Positions 16,659 to 26,058 of a stretch of DNA of 64,000 bases are shown piece after piece. The position numbers and the translations under genes are program-made. The first letter of the stretch is position 1. Each line of letters opens with the position of its first letter. The notes beneath the pieces were generated by a model. It saw only the letters and a list, made by a program, of their open reading frames with translations, did no database searches and was not told where the DNA came from. The stretch comes from an uncultured bacterium (lineage in GTDB: Bacteria; Bacteroidota; Bacteroidia; Chitinophagales; CAIODY01), in assembly GCA_903857255.1 (NCBI GenBank), contig CAIODY010000115.1, positions 10,068-74,067 on the forward strand, read 5' to 3'.

Positions 16659-17186
16659 TTATTTTGCTCTGCTTTCAAGAGCTTTTACTAATCCTGCAAT
16701 CTTGTTGCCAGCACTGCTTTTTAAGCCGCCGATAACATTCTTAGCAGGTGATTGCAATAATGCAACGATTTCGCCGATAAGTTCGTGTTTGCTTTTCAAT
16801 TTGCTTAACGAATCTAATTGGTCATCACCTAAAAATACAGCTGTATCAATATAAGCAGCTTTCAATTTAGGCATAGTACCTTTATCGCCACGAAATTCTT
16901 TTAACGTTTTTGCAGCAGCATTACCTACTTCACAAAAGAAAATTGATGATTGCCCTTTCAAAGCACCGATTAACTCAGGGCTTGCTTGACCAGTAGCTTC
17001 TAAAGCTTTTTCAATCAAAGAATTTTTTGCTACTTTCATTTCTATTCCTTTGCTGAAGCAAAGCTTACGCAATTTGTTTACTTGCTCAACAGTTAATGAA
17101 GTGCTATCAGCAATATAAAAATATTGGCTGCCAGCAAACTTAACTTTTAAGTCTTCTATTAATTGTGTTTTTTCTTGTTTAGTCAT
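16659..17186 (-). CDS. rplJ: 50S ribosomal protein L10
   Basis: 175 aa. Position between rplA and rplL, with typical L10 sequence. Confidence 0.95.
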   Translation of the reverse strand: MTKQEKTQLIEDLKVKFAGSQYFYIADSTSLTVEQVNKLRKLCFSKGIEMKVAKNSLIEKALEATGQASPELIGALKGQSSIFFCEVGNAAAKTLKEFRGDKGTMPKLKAAYIDTAVFLGDDQLDSLSKLKSKHELIGEIVALLQSPAKNVIGGLKSSAGNKIAGLVKALESRAK

Positions 17187-17240
17187 TGTTTAATGTTTTA
17201 TAAATTTTCAAAACTTTTTAGTTTTAAAAATTCGTTTTGT

Positions 17241-17948
17241 TTAATTAGTACCGACACCAGCATTTAATGCTTTAGTATCAATATTTAACGAAGGGCTCAT
17301 GGTTGTAGCCATGTAAACACTTTTTAAATAAGTACCTTTAGCAGCAGTTGGTTTCATTTTAACAATGGTATTAATCAACTCCAATGCATTGTCGTGAATT
17401 TTTTCAGGTGAAAAAGAAATACGACCAATGGAAGTATGAATGATAGCTTGTTTATCCAATTTGAAAGCAATTTTACCTAATTTAACTTCTTTTACTGCGC
17501 CAGCTACATCAGCAGTTACAGTACCAGTTTTAGGATTAGGCATTAAGTTACGTGGTCCTAACACTTTACCCAGTTTACCTAATTTAGGCATAACAGCAGG
17601 TGTTGCAATAATCACGTCCATATCTACCCAACCTTTTTCAATTTTTTGGATAAATTCATCTAAACCTACATAATCAGCACCAGCAGCTTTTGCTTCGGCT
17701 TCTTTATCAGGTGTACACAATACTAATACTTTTTTGTCTTTACCAGTTCCATGAGGAAGTGTAACCACACCTCTTACAGCCTGGTCAGCTTTCTTTGGAT
17801 CAACTCCCAAGCGAATATGAAGGTCAACAGACGCATCAAACTTGGTGGTGTTCACCTTTTTGATTAATTCAGCTGCTTGCTTCAAATTGAAGGTTGCATC
17901 TTTTTTAACCAAACCGGCTACGCTTTTACGTTTTTTCGTTAATGCCAT
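17241..17948 (-). CDS. rplA: 50S ribosomal protein L1
   Basis: 235 aa. [13 protein letters not shown] motif. Confidence 0.95.
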   Translation of the reverse strand: MALTKKRKSVAGLVKKDATFNLKQAAELIKKVNTTKFDASVDLHIRLGVDPKKADQAVRGVVTLPHGTGKDKKVLVLCTPDKEAEAKAAGADYVGLDEFIQKIEKGWVDMDVIIATPAVMPKLGKLGKVLGPRNLMPNPKTGTVTADVAGAVKEVKLGKIAFKLDKQAIIHTSIGRISFSPEKIHDNALELINTIVKMKPTAAKGTYLKSVYMATTMSPSLNIDTKALNAGVGTN

Positions 17949-17989
17949 TTTTGTTTGTTAATTTATTTGTTTTTGAAAATTTTAATTTT

Positions 17990-18427
17990 TTAGAAAGGGC
18001 GAGTTCCTTCAACAGTTAAACCCATTGAACGAGCTGTACCTGCCACCATCATCATTGCTGATTCAACTTTTGAACAGTTTAAATCAGGCATTTTGTCTTC
18101 AGCAATGGTTTTCACTTGTTCCCAAGTTACTTTACCAACTTTAATACGGTTGGGTTCTTTTGAACCTGCCGCTACTTTCGATAATTCCATTAATTGCACT
18201 GCCGCTGGCGGAGTTTTAATAATGAAATCGAAAGATTTATCGCTGTAAACAGTAATTAAAACAGGCAATACTTTACCAGGTTTATCCTGTGTACGAGCAT
18301 TGAACTGCTTACAAAATTCCATGATATTGACACCTTTCGAACCCAAAGCAGGTCCAATTGGAGGTGCAGGGTTGGCTTGACCGCCTTTACATTGTAGCTT
18401 TACAAAACCTGTTACTTCTTTTGCCAT
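17990..18427 (-). CDS. rplK: 50S ribosomal protein L11
   Basis: 145 aa. [14 protein letters not shown] motif. Confidence 0.95.
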   Translation of the reverse strand: MAKEVTGFVKLQCKGGQANPAPPIGPALGSKGVNIMEFCKQFNARTQDKPGKVLPVLITVYSDKSFDFIIKTPPAAVQLMELSKVAAGSKEPNRIKVGKVTWEQVKTIAEDKMPDLNCSKVESAMMMVAGTARSMGLTVEGTRPF

Positions 18428-18622
18428 TGTTATTTAATTTGATTGTTTTTGTTTGAAATCCGCATCAGCATTGCATTGGAAGCATGCACTTACTAACGAG
18501 TATCCAAAAAATGGAGGGCAAAGGTAATCATTCAATTTGAAATTATCAAATTATTTCAAAGTTATCCCCAACTAAATATGGATTAACTTAAAGATTGGCT
18601 AATAAAGTTTGCAACCAATAGT

Positions 18623-19471
18623 TTAATGATGTTTCTTAAAAGTAGGCCAATTGAAATAACTGCCTGCAACTACCATTGCTTCAACGAAAGCAAAATTTTC
18701 TTTGCCTCTATCGGGCATATCTTTACTATTAATTAAAAATGCAGGAAGATTTATCCATCCTAATCTGATTTGCGGACGAATAAAAAAATATTTTCCGAAA
18801 ACAAATTCCAATCCTTGATAAGTGCTGGCGGCATAACCACACAAGTGAAAATAATTATCGTGACCATAGCCTTCCAATCGCACTTGTGTTCGTGTAACCA
18901 TGCCAGCCACACCAATTCCACTGTTCAGATTTATTTTGATAAAATGATTTTGAAACAATTTTGAGCGATAATCCATGTCAGCAGAAAGCAAATTCAAACC
19001 ATTGGTGTGTGTTAAGTATAAAAAATCTTTTGTCAGTTCAATTGGTTTGCTATAATCAAAAGTTTGAGCAGTTGGGTTGGAAAATTTCGGGTCAGCATTC
19101 ATATAGCCTGATACACGGGCAAACTGACTATTATCCAAAATGTATTTCATGTGGTCAAGCCCAAATGAAAATCCAATTTTTTCATTTAAGCAATAACCTA
19201 CACGGTAATCGTATTGCGCCACAGTGATGGAATTGGGGTCAACATAATTTTTCAGATTAAACGGATAAGGTTTGTCCCTTGCTTTTACTTGATAAAAGTT
19301 CAAATCGTATCCCGTACCTTTTAAATTGATATTACTATTGGAAAAAAATTCACGATTATAACCCCAATAAACAAACCAACGATGTTTATAATTTAGCGAA
19401 TCGTTTTTGGCTGCAAATACCTGTTGAAACAAAGCAATAGTCAACAAGAGTAGAAATATTTTCTTTAGCAT
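18623..19471 (-). CDS. Exported protein, probable outer-membrane beta barrel, unknown function
   Basis: Signal peptide MLKKIFLLLLTIALFQQVFA (start moved to 19471). Aromatic-rich alternating pattern. Confidence 0.5.
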   Translation of the reverse strand: MLKKIFLLLLTIALFQQVFAAKNDSLNYKHRWFVYWGYNREFFSNSNINLKGTGYDLNFYQVKARDKPYPFNLKNYVDPNSITVAQYDYRVGYCLNEKIGFSFGLDHMKYILDNSQFARVSGYMNADPKFSNPTAQTFDYSKPIELTKDFLYLTHTNGLNLLSADMDYRSKLFQNHFIKINLNSGIGVAGMVTRTQVRLEGYGHDNYFHLCGYAASTYQGLEFVFGKYFFIRPQIRLGWINLPAFLINSKDMPDRGKENFAFVEAMVVAGSYFNWPTFKKHH

Positions 19472-19537
19472 AAAATAAAATTGAAGCGGCAAAGATGTTG
19501 AAAATCTGGTCAGTAACTTCTGTTTTTTATCATGTTT

Positions 19538-20683
19538 TTATGGACGCAATTTCGCAGCCATAATTGTTCTTGTAATAGTATTGCTCGATGAAATTTCGAG
19601 TGGATGTGCCATAAACCATTTCATAAATTGGTCATACTTTTTTTTGTTTTTTTCCATCCAATCATTAAAAATTTTCGGGTCGCCTTTGCTCAATAACCAA
19701 TAATTATAACACTCAAAATAGTCAGCACTAATCACAGTTCGCTGATAATCAAAAATCGGATTTGGGAAATCAATGGGGAAGTTTTTGCTGTACCACAAAG
19801 TGATAAATTTGCTACGAAATTTGATTAGATTTTCGGTGGTGAATTTATCTTTAAATTCGGTCATACAACGTTGTGCAATATTGTTGTAAGCCATCGCAAA
19901 ATTTTTATGAAACAACATCGTATCTTTAAATTCTGCTTCGCTAATGTGTGTTCGTTCATCAGTAAACATCGCATATTTATTTTTTGGCGTTTTGATATAA
20001 ATGGCTTGCTTATACCAATCATACATTCTGAACAAAATCTCATAAGTTCTGCCCGTATTGGTTTCTAAATTCACAAAAATTTCGCCATAAATAATTGCCC
20101 ATATTTTTTCGGATGTAGTGCCATAAGCCTGTGCAGCATAATAATAATTAGATGGAAATGTAGGTTCAGCGACTATTCCAAGTTCCCAATATTGAATAGC
20201 AGTATTGATGTTTTTATGGTCATACTCAATTTTCCCTAACTGACTGTGAATACTACCACTGCTCGGAAATAATTTTAATCCTTCTAATAAAATGGCTTGC
20301 GCTTTTTTATCGTTTCGCATTTCTGAATAACATTCGCCCATCAAATCATAATAACGAACATCAGGCGAAAATTTTTTCATCAAGCCTTTGGTTATTTTAA
20401 TAGTAGTTTCAAAATTTTTGGAATAGTAGTTTGCCAAGGCTAACTGAAATTGATAATTAGCTTTGCTGCTATCCAAATCCACTGCATCATTCAAGGCTTC
20501 TATCGCACCTTTATAATTTTCTTTTTTCATCAGCTCGATGCCATGCTGATAATTTTTTGCAGCATTTTCTGCATCAATTTCACCAGCAGTTTTTACATCT
20601 TGTGCAAATGAAAAATTACAAATTGCAAATTGCAAATTGCAAATAACAACCACTAAAAAAAACTTCAAAATATTTTTCTTCAT
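19538..20683 (-). CDS. Exported TPR-repeat protein
   Basis: Signal peptide, then TPR-like helices (YKGAIEALNDAVDLD..., YYDLMGECYSEM...). Confidence 0.6.
   Translation of the reverse strand: MKKNILKFFLVVVICNLQFAICNFSFAQDVKTAGEIDAENAAKNYQHGIELMKKENYKGAIEALNDAVDLDSSKANYQFQLALANYYSKNFETTIKITKGLMKKFSPDVRYYDLMGECYSEMRNDKKAQAILLEGLKLFPSSGSIHSQLGKIEYDHKNINTAIQYWELGIVAEPTFPSNYYYAAQAYGTTSEKIWAIIYGEIFVNLETNTGRTYEILFRMYDWYKQAIYIKTPKNKYAMFTDERTHISEAEFKDTMLFHKNFAMAYNNIAQRCMTEFKDKFTTENLIKFRSKFITLWYSKNFPIDFPNPIFDYQRTVISADYFECYNYWLLSKGDPKIFNDWMEKNKKKYDQFMKWFMAHPLEISSSNTITRTIMAAKLRP
20619..20646. repeat. Tandem heptanucleotide repeat (CAAATTG, 3 perfect copies plus 1 imperfect) inside the signal-peptide codons of the TPR protein
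   Basis: Read directly: CAAATTG CAAATTG CAAATTG CAAATAA. Confidence 0.8.
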
Positions 20684-20706
20684 TTTCTAATCAACTAATT
20701 TACTAA

Positions 20707-22209
20707 TTATTTCACTCCGTGCATCCATTTTTTCACCAAGGGCGAAATTAAAATCATCACCAATCCCAACACTAACGCATAAATGGCTAATTGCTTATAA
20801 CCCAAACAATAAAGATTTAGTGCTTCTAAGTTGGATGAATGCGCTGATGAAGATGCAATGTTTGCGCCAAGAATGCCTGCTACATATTGTCCGTAAGCAC
20901 TGGCTAAAAACCACATGCCCATCATTACACCTTGTAATTTTTGCGGCGAAAGTTTGGTCATCAAACTCATACCGATTGGCGACAAACTTAATTCGCCAAA
21001 GGTGATGATAAACCATCCAAATGAAAACCAACTTAATGAAGTGATTCCATTTGCATCAGCCATATTTTTCAACCAGTAAAAAATAAAAAAACCACCAGCT
21101 AAAAACAAAAACCCTAAACCGAATTTCACAATAGAATTAGGTTCGGCTTTTCGTTTGTTAAGCCACAACCAAAGCATGCCGAGCAAGCCTGCAAATAAAA
21201 TTACGACCAACGAATTCATCGAATTGTTGACACCATTTGGGTCGAGATGAAATCCTAAAATGTCGTTCGACAAATTGTGTTGTGCAAACAAACTTAATGA
21301 GCCACCGCTTTGTTCAAAAAATGCCCAAAACAAAATCGAGAAAATCACAAAAATCAACGCTGCGCCTAATTTTTGAACTTCAATTTTTGAAAGACTTTTC
21401 ATTTCATAAATCAGATAAATTAAAGTCAATGGTCCAATCGTGTACATGAAATAATCGGTGTATTCGGTTTTAGAAACCATTTTCATAATGATAGGAATAA
21501 TGAGCAATGATGCGGCATACGTGAGATACTCGAACCATTTTGTTTTGATAATCGGTTGCAAACCAATAGGTCCTAAAGTTTTTTTGGTGTAAATAAATGT
21601 GAGCAAACTAATGGTCATCACAATGGCAGCAAACCCGAAAGCATAGTTCCAGCGCAGGTTTTCAGCAATTACGCTGCTGAATAAATCACCTTTTGCCACA
21701 GCCACACATAAATAACCGCCAATCAAAGCACCTAAATTGATACCAGCATAAAACAACGAAAAGCCAGCATCGGTGCGGTGGTCGCCATTTTTGTAGAGTT
21801 GCCCAACCATCGAAGAAATATTTGGTTTAAAAAATCCTGTGCCGACAATGGTGAAACTAATGCCGAGATAAAATAAATGACTGGGGTCGAATGCTAAAAT
21901 GCAACTGCCAATAATCATCAATATGCCGCCCCAAAACAATGACTTTCTGAAACCTAAAATTTTATCGGCAAACAAACCACCTATGAAAGTGAAAGCATAT
22001 ACAAATGCTTGTGTAGAGCCATATTGTTTATTTGCCACAGCATCATCCATGTGCAACCCTACAATTTTATCTACCATAAAAACAACGAGCATTCCCCTCA
22101 TGCCATAGAAACAAAAGCGTTCCCACATTTCGCTGAAAAACAGATACCACAATTGCTTGGGATATTTTCCTTTAAAATTTTGAATCTCGGACAGTGTTGC
22201 TTCAGCCAT
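20707..22209 (-). CDS. Proton-dependent oligopeptide transporter (POT/PTR2 family)
   Basis: FSEMWERFCFYGMRG (ExxERFxYY) and GGLFADKILGFRKS motifs. Start moved to MAEATLSE (22209). Confidence 0.85.
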   Translation of the reverse strand: MAEATLSEIQNFKGKYPKQLWYLFFSEMWERFCFYGMRGMLVVFMVDKIVGLHMDDAVANKQYGSTQAFVYAFTFIGGLFADKILGFRKSLFWGGILMIIGSCILAFDPSHLFYLGISFTIVGTGFFKPNISSMVGQLYKNGDHRTDAGFSLFYAGINLGALIGGYLCVAVAKGDLFSSVIAENLRWNYAFGFAAIVMTISLLTFIYTKKTLGPIGLQPIIKTKWFEYLTYAASLLIIPIIMKMVSKTEYTDYFMYTIGPLTLIYLIYEMKSLSKIEVQKLGAALIFVIFSILFWAFFEQSGGSLSLFAQHNLSNDILGFHLDPNGVNNSMNSLVVILFAGLLGMLWLWLNKRKAEPNSIVKFGLGFLFLAGGFFIFYWLKNMADANGITSLSWFSFGWFIITFGELSLSPIGMSLMTKLSPQKLQGVMMGMWFLASAYGQYVAGILGANIASSSAHSSNLEALNLYCLGYKQLAIYALVLGLVMILISPLVKKWMHGVK

Positions 22210-22457
22210 AATTATTTTTTTGAAGTGGGTGAAGATAAAAGAATTTGAAACAAAAAAATCAATTGGCTTTTTCGTTTTTTGTTCGTTCTTGTTTCCACAG
22301 TCTAAATCTTTTCTACAAATAGCAGCAGACAAAAGGGCTGTCCAATTTTTTGAAATTGGTCAATTCGGAGGTTTTGGAATTTATTAATTCCGAAGTGTAA
22401 GGTTTTACTTCAGAGCTACAAATTTGTACTTCAGATAATTTTTATCAGCCTAAAAAA

Positions 22458-22490
22458 TTTGGTTGAATGAAGTTTGCGTTTTAATTTGCC
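22458..22490. repeat. Decayed copy of the same element
   Basis: TTTGGTTGAATGAAGTTTG matches the left flank plus arm start of copy A at 18 of 19 positions. The remainder looks like the palindrome with internal deletions. Confidence 0.45.
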
Positions 22491-22515
22491 CAATCTTTTC
22501 ATTTTCATTTTTTTT

Positions 22516-24951
22516 ATGAACAAAAAACTACTTTCACTTTCGTTGATTTTGTTGATTTGTTTAGTCAGCCATTTCAATTCTTTTGCTCAAGGATTGATTG
22601 GTTATAACATGAGCAATTATAATGGTACTAATGGTGCTTATCTGAACCCTGCATCCATAGCTGATTCGAGAGATAAATTTTACATCAATATTTTATCAAC
22701 CGATATTTTAGCGTACAACAATTATGAGTATTATGATAATAACATTGGCATTTTAACAGCCGCAAAAGACACCGCATTTAAGTGGAACGACCATTTACTA
22801 AAAAATAATGATGGCAAAAAACATGCGTTGAATTTTCAAAACGAAACTCGTGGTCCAGGATTTTTATTTTCATGGAATGAAAAAAATTCCATCTCATTTT
22901 CCACCCGATTACGCACCACCATTCAAGCTTTTGATGTGCCAGAGCCATTGATTCAAACTTTAGAAACGGGCTTCCAAAGCGGACAGTTGAATATGTATGA
23001 TGGTTTGGCAAACGACCATTTTAATGTGAACGTGAATATGTTTTCAGAGTGGGCTTTAACTTATGCCAGAGTAATTTACGATAAGAAACAGCATTTTGTA
23101 AAAGTGGGCATAACCTTAAAACACGAACGTGGATTATTTTTATTCCAATTAGCTAATCAACATTTAAAATTTCGTTTTGCAGGTCATGATAGTATTGCTG
23201 GATACGATGTTTCAGCCATTATGAATTATACCAGCGAGCAATATTTTGGTGCAAATAATTTTACCAGTATTGATTTTTCAAAACCTGCCGATAGGATAAA
23301 ACAATGGTTTTTTGGTGGCAATGCTTTAGGTAAAGGTTGGGGCTTTGATTTAGGTGGGCAATATGAATATCGCCCTAAAAGAAAATATTATTACACCATG
23401 GATTGTCATCAACAACGCAACCCCGAAGTGAATAAATACAAATTGAAATTAGGTTTTTCATTAACCGATATTGGACACATCTCATATTCAAACAGTGCTG
23501 TGATGCAAGTAGTGCTGCATGGTGGCACCACTATTAGTCCTGTTGATACAGTGAAATGGGGAAAAATTGATACCATTAAGCATGTAACTTCAACTGATAA
23601 TATAGTTCAGATATTAGGTAAGGCTTTGGGAACAACAGCTGTTTCAAAGTCATCGCCATTTATTGCCAAATTACCTACTGCGGCTAATTTCCAGTTAGAT
23701 TATTTATTACAAGACAGATGGTATGTAAGTGCAGTATATGTTCAAAACATGCGTCAGATGCAAACTTTGAGCGGCTCGGCAACCAGTTCGGTATTGGTTG
23801 TTTCACCACGATACGAACACAAATGGTTCGAGTTTTCATTACCATTAGTTGTTCGGCCAGCGTTTAGCACTGTTGAAGTTGGTGCTACTATTAGAATTGG
23901 ACCAGCTTATTTTGGAACAGATAATTTGAGTGGATTATTGGGCGTTGGGCAATTGAAAGGCATTAATATTTATGGTGGCATGTGTGTGCCCATTTGCAAA
24001 AAGAAAAAATCGGATAAGGATAAAGATGGTGTTTCAGATAAAGAAGATAAATGCCCGAAAGACAAAGGTACTTGCGCTACACAAGGCTGTCCCGATAAAG
24101 ATGGTGATGGCATTGCTGATAAAGATGATAAATGCCCTGATGTACCTGGCGTAATTAAATTTAAAGGATGTGCTGATAGAGATGGTGATGGCATTGAAGA
24201 TTCATTAGATGCTTGCCCTGATGAACCAGGTTCGAAACGATTGAATGGTTGCCCTGATAAAGATAAAGATGGTGTAGCTGATAAAGATGATGCCTGCCCT
24301 GATGTGGCTGGCGATAAAAAATTGAAAGGTTGCCCTGATACCGACCATGATGGAATACCTGATAATGAAGACAGATGCCCCGATAAAGCTGGTCCGAAAG
24401 AATTGAAAGGTTGCCCTGATAAAGACAAAGATGGTGTACCTGATATTGATGATTTATGCCCTGATAAGCCTGGAAGTATTGCTACTTATGGTTGCCCTGA
24501 TACCGATGGTGATAGCATTCCGGATAATTTAGATAAATGTGTAAAAGTGAAAGGACCACGAAGTAACAACGGTTGTCCTGTAAAACAAATTACTGATAAA
24601 GAACAAAAAGTGATTGACAATGTATTTACTGATTTAGAATTTGAAACAGCTAAATCAACTATTTTGGAAAAATCATTCCCTGCACTTGATTCATTAGCAT
24701 CATTGTTGAATCAAAATAAAAAATATCGTTTGATGATTTCGGGTTATACGGATAATGTAGGTTCAACTGAATCGAATAAAAAATTGAGTGATGACCGAGC
24801 CGCAGCAGTGAAGAAATATTTGAGCGATAAAGGTGTAGAAGAAAATCGAATGTCAACTTATGGTTATGGCGAAGCAAATCCTTTGGCAGATAATAACACA
24901 CCAGAAGGCAGAGCTAAAAACCGAAGAGTGGAGTTTGATATTTTAAAATAA
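22516..24951 (+). CDS. OmpA-family outer membrane protein with an N-terminal barrel-like domain, thrombospondin type-3 Ca-binding repeats and a C-terminal OmpA peptidoglycan-binding domain
   Basis: Repeats of the form GCPDKDKDGVADKDDACPD. C-terminus GYTDNVGSTESNKKLSDDRAAAVKKYL...NRRVEF. Start moved to MNKKLLSLSL (22516); the TTG-initiated extension comes from a decayed repeat. Confidence 0.85.
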   Translation: MNKKLLSLSLILLICLVSHFNSFAQGLIGYNMSNYNGTNGAYLNPASIADSRDKFYINILSTDILAYNNYEYYDNNIGILTAAKDTAFKWNDHLLKNNDGKKHALNFQNETRGPGFLFSWNEKNSISFSTRLRTTIQAFDVPEPLIQTLETGFQSGQLNMYDGLANDHFNVNVNMFSEWALTYARVIYDKKQHFVKVGITLKHERGLFLFQLANQHLKFRFAGHDSIAGYDVSAIMNYTSEQYFGANNFTSIDFSKPADRIKQWFFGGNALGKGWGFDLGGQYEYRPKRKYYYTMDCHQQRNPEVNKYKLKLGFSLTDIGHISYSNSAVMQVVLHGGTTISPVDTVKWGKIDTIKHVTSTDNIVQILGKALGTTAVSKSSPFIAKLPTAANFQLDYLLQDRWYVSAVYVQNMRQMQTLSGSATSSVLVVSPRYEHKWFEFSLPLVVRPAFSTVEVGATIRIGPAYFGTDNLSGLLGVGQLKGINIYGGMCVPICKKKKSDKDKDGVSDKEDKCPKDKGTCATQGCPDKDGDGIADKDDKCPDVPGVIKFKGCADRDGDGIEDSLDACPDEPGSKRLNGCPDKDKDGVADKDDACPDVAGDKKLKGCPDTDHDGIPDNEDRCPDKAGPKELKGCPDKDKDGVPDIDDLCPDKPGSIATYGCPDTDGDSIPDNLDKCVKVKGPRSNNGCPVKQITDKEQKVIDNVFTDLEFETAKSTILEKSFPALDSLASLLNQNKKYRLMISGYTDNVGSTESNKKLSDDRAAAVKKYLSDKGVEENRMSTYGYGEANPLADNNTPEGRAKNRRVEFDILK
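23994..24575 (+). repeat. Intragenic tandem repeats encoding thrombospondin type-3 Ca-binding motifs
   Basis: Recurring GGTTGCCCTGATAAAGA... units. They also generate the spurious antisense ORF at 23970-24428. Confidence 0.85.
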
Positions 24952-25068
24952 AGGTCGCCTCATTTTTTAGATACTTAAAGCTGTAAAAGTTGATAAAATA
25001 TTATTGGTAACGTAAAATTTACATTAGCTTTTTTCAAAATCTATTTTAAACAAATAAACAATTTAACA

Positions 25069-25899
25069 ATGAAAAAAATTATTCTTTCTGCAGCGTTAAT
25101 CGCAACATGTTTTGCAACAAAAGCACAAGGTTTGTATTTTAACTTGTACACAGGTTATGCTATCCCAGCGGCTGGGCAAGCTTGGGAAACTACTAACTCA
25201 ACTGACAATGCTGGTGTTCAAACGCTAAAAGTTTCTAAAACTTCTTTGGGTGGTGGAGTGCCATTAGGTTTAAGAGTTGGCTACATGGTGGCTGAAAATT
25301 GGGGTTTGGAATTAGGTTTCAATTATGGTTTAGTAGGAAACAAAATCACTGATGATTATACTGATAATACAAATAATGAAACAGGCACAACAAAAACAAA
25401 TGCGAAAGGTTATTTATCATTGCAACCTGCTGTAAAATTTGTTGTAATGCCATCTTCAAGTATGAAACCTTATGTTAGATTAGGGTTGAATTTACCTTTG
25501 ACTGGTAAAATTATAACTGATGAAAATGGTACTTCCCCAGGTGGAACTTCTGAAACAACTTACGAAACAACTGGAAGTATGAGCATTGGCTTATTAGGTG
25601 GCTTTGGTGTTAATTTCCCAATCAATGATAAAATTAATATCATGGCTGAAATTAATTTTTTGAGTCAATCAATTTATTCTAAGAAAACGACAATAACCAC
25701 TGATAAAGCAGTTATTTGAGGCACTACTACTGATTATTTGAGTACTATGACAGCTCAAGATAAAGAAACTGATTATGTTTCGACTTTAGCAAGCAATGCA
25801 AATACGAATACAAGTAGCCCAAGACAAGCACTTATTGAAGCCAAAGCATTCAGCAACATTGGCTTGTGTGTAGGTTTAACTTACAACTTAGGCAAATAA
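25069..25899 (+). pseudogene. Outer-membrane beta-barrel (porin-like) gene split by one in-frame TGA at 25717-25719
   Basis: The 216-aa ORF ends at TGA. The same frame continues for 59 more codons (GTTTDYLS...FSNIGLCVGLTYNLGK) to a TAA at 25897-25899, which is followed immediately by a strong terminator hairpin. Confidence 0.6.
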
Positions 25900-25928
25900 T
25901 TTTAAACAGAATTTCATCAATAAAAAAA

Positions 25929-25961
25929 AGCCGCTGCAAAAATTTGTAGCGGCTTTTTTAT
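25929..25961 (+). terminator. Intrinsic terminator after the interrupted beta-barrel gene
   Basis: AGCCGCTGCAAA...TTTGTAGCGGCT stem followed by TTTTTTA. Confidence 0.8.
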
Positions 25962-26058
25962 GGTTCAAGTTGGTGGTAGATTTTCAAAATAAATAAAGGC
26001 ACAAATTGAATTACAAATTTCAGTTTGTGCCTTTTACATTTGTGAAAAATAAAACGCA

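Noticed and set aside
18557-18564. TAACTTTG match to the Bacteroidota -7 promoter consensus (TAnnTTTG) upstream of rplK, and a similar TAGATTTG at 31007-31014 just before the ATPase start
   Set aside because: Such octamers are expected by chance in AT-rich intergenic DNA. Without a mapped 5' end I do not consider them supportable as features.
23970-24428. 152-aa Ser/Pro/Gly-rich antisense ORF with a striking internal periodicity; I also briefly considered the region as a CRISPR-like array
   Set aside because: The periodicity is the reverse complement of the TSP3 repeat codons of the OmpA-family gene. The repeats are in-frame coding units, not repeat-spacer units.
25717-25719. TGA reassignment (code 4/25) or selenocysteine as the explanation for the in-frame TGA
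   Set aside because: TGA clearly terminates other genes here, for example the polyprenyl synthase at 48577-48579, so global reassignment is out. For selenocysteine I see no convincing SECIS-type hairpin right after the codon and no sel genes in the window. It is kept only as a low-probability alternative in the finding.
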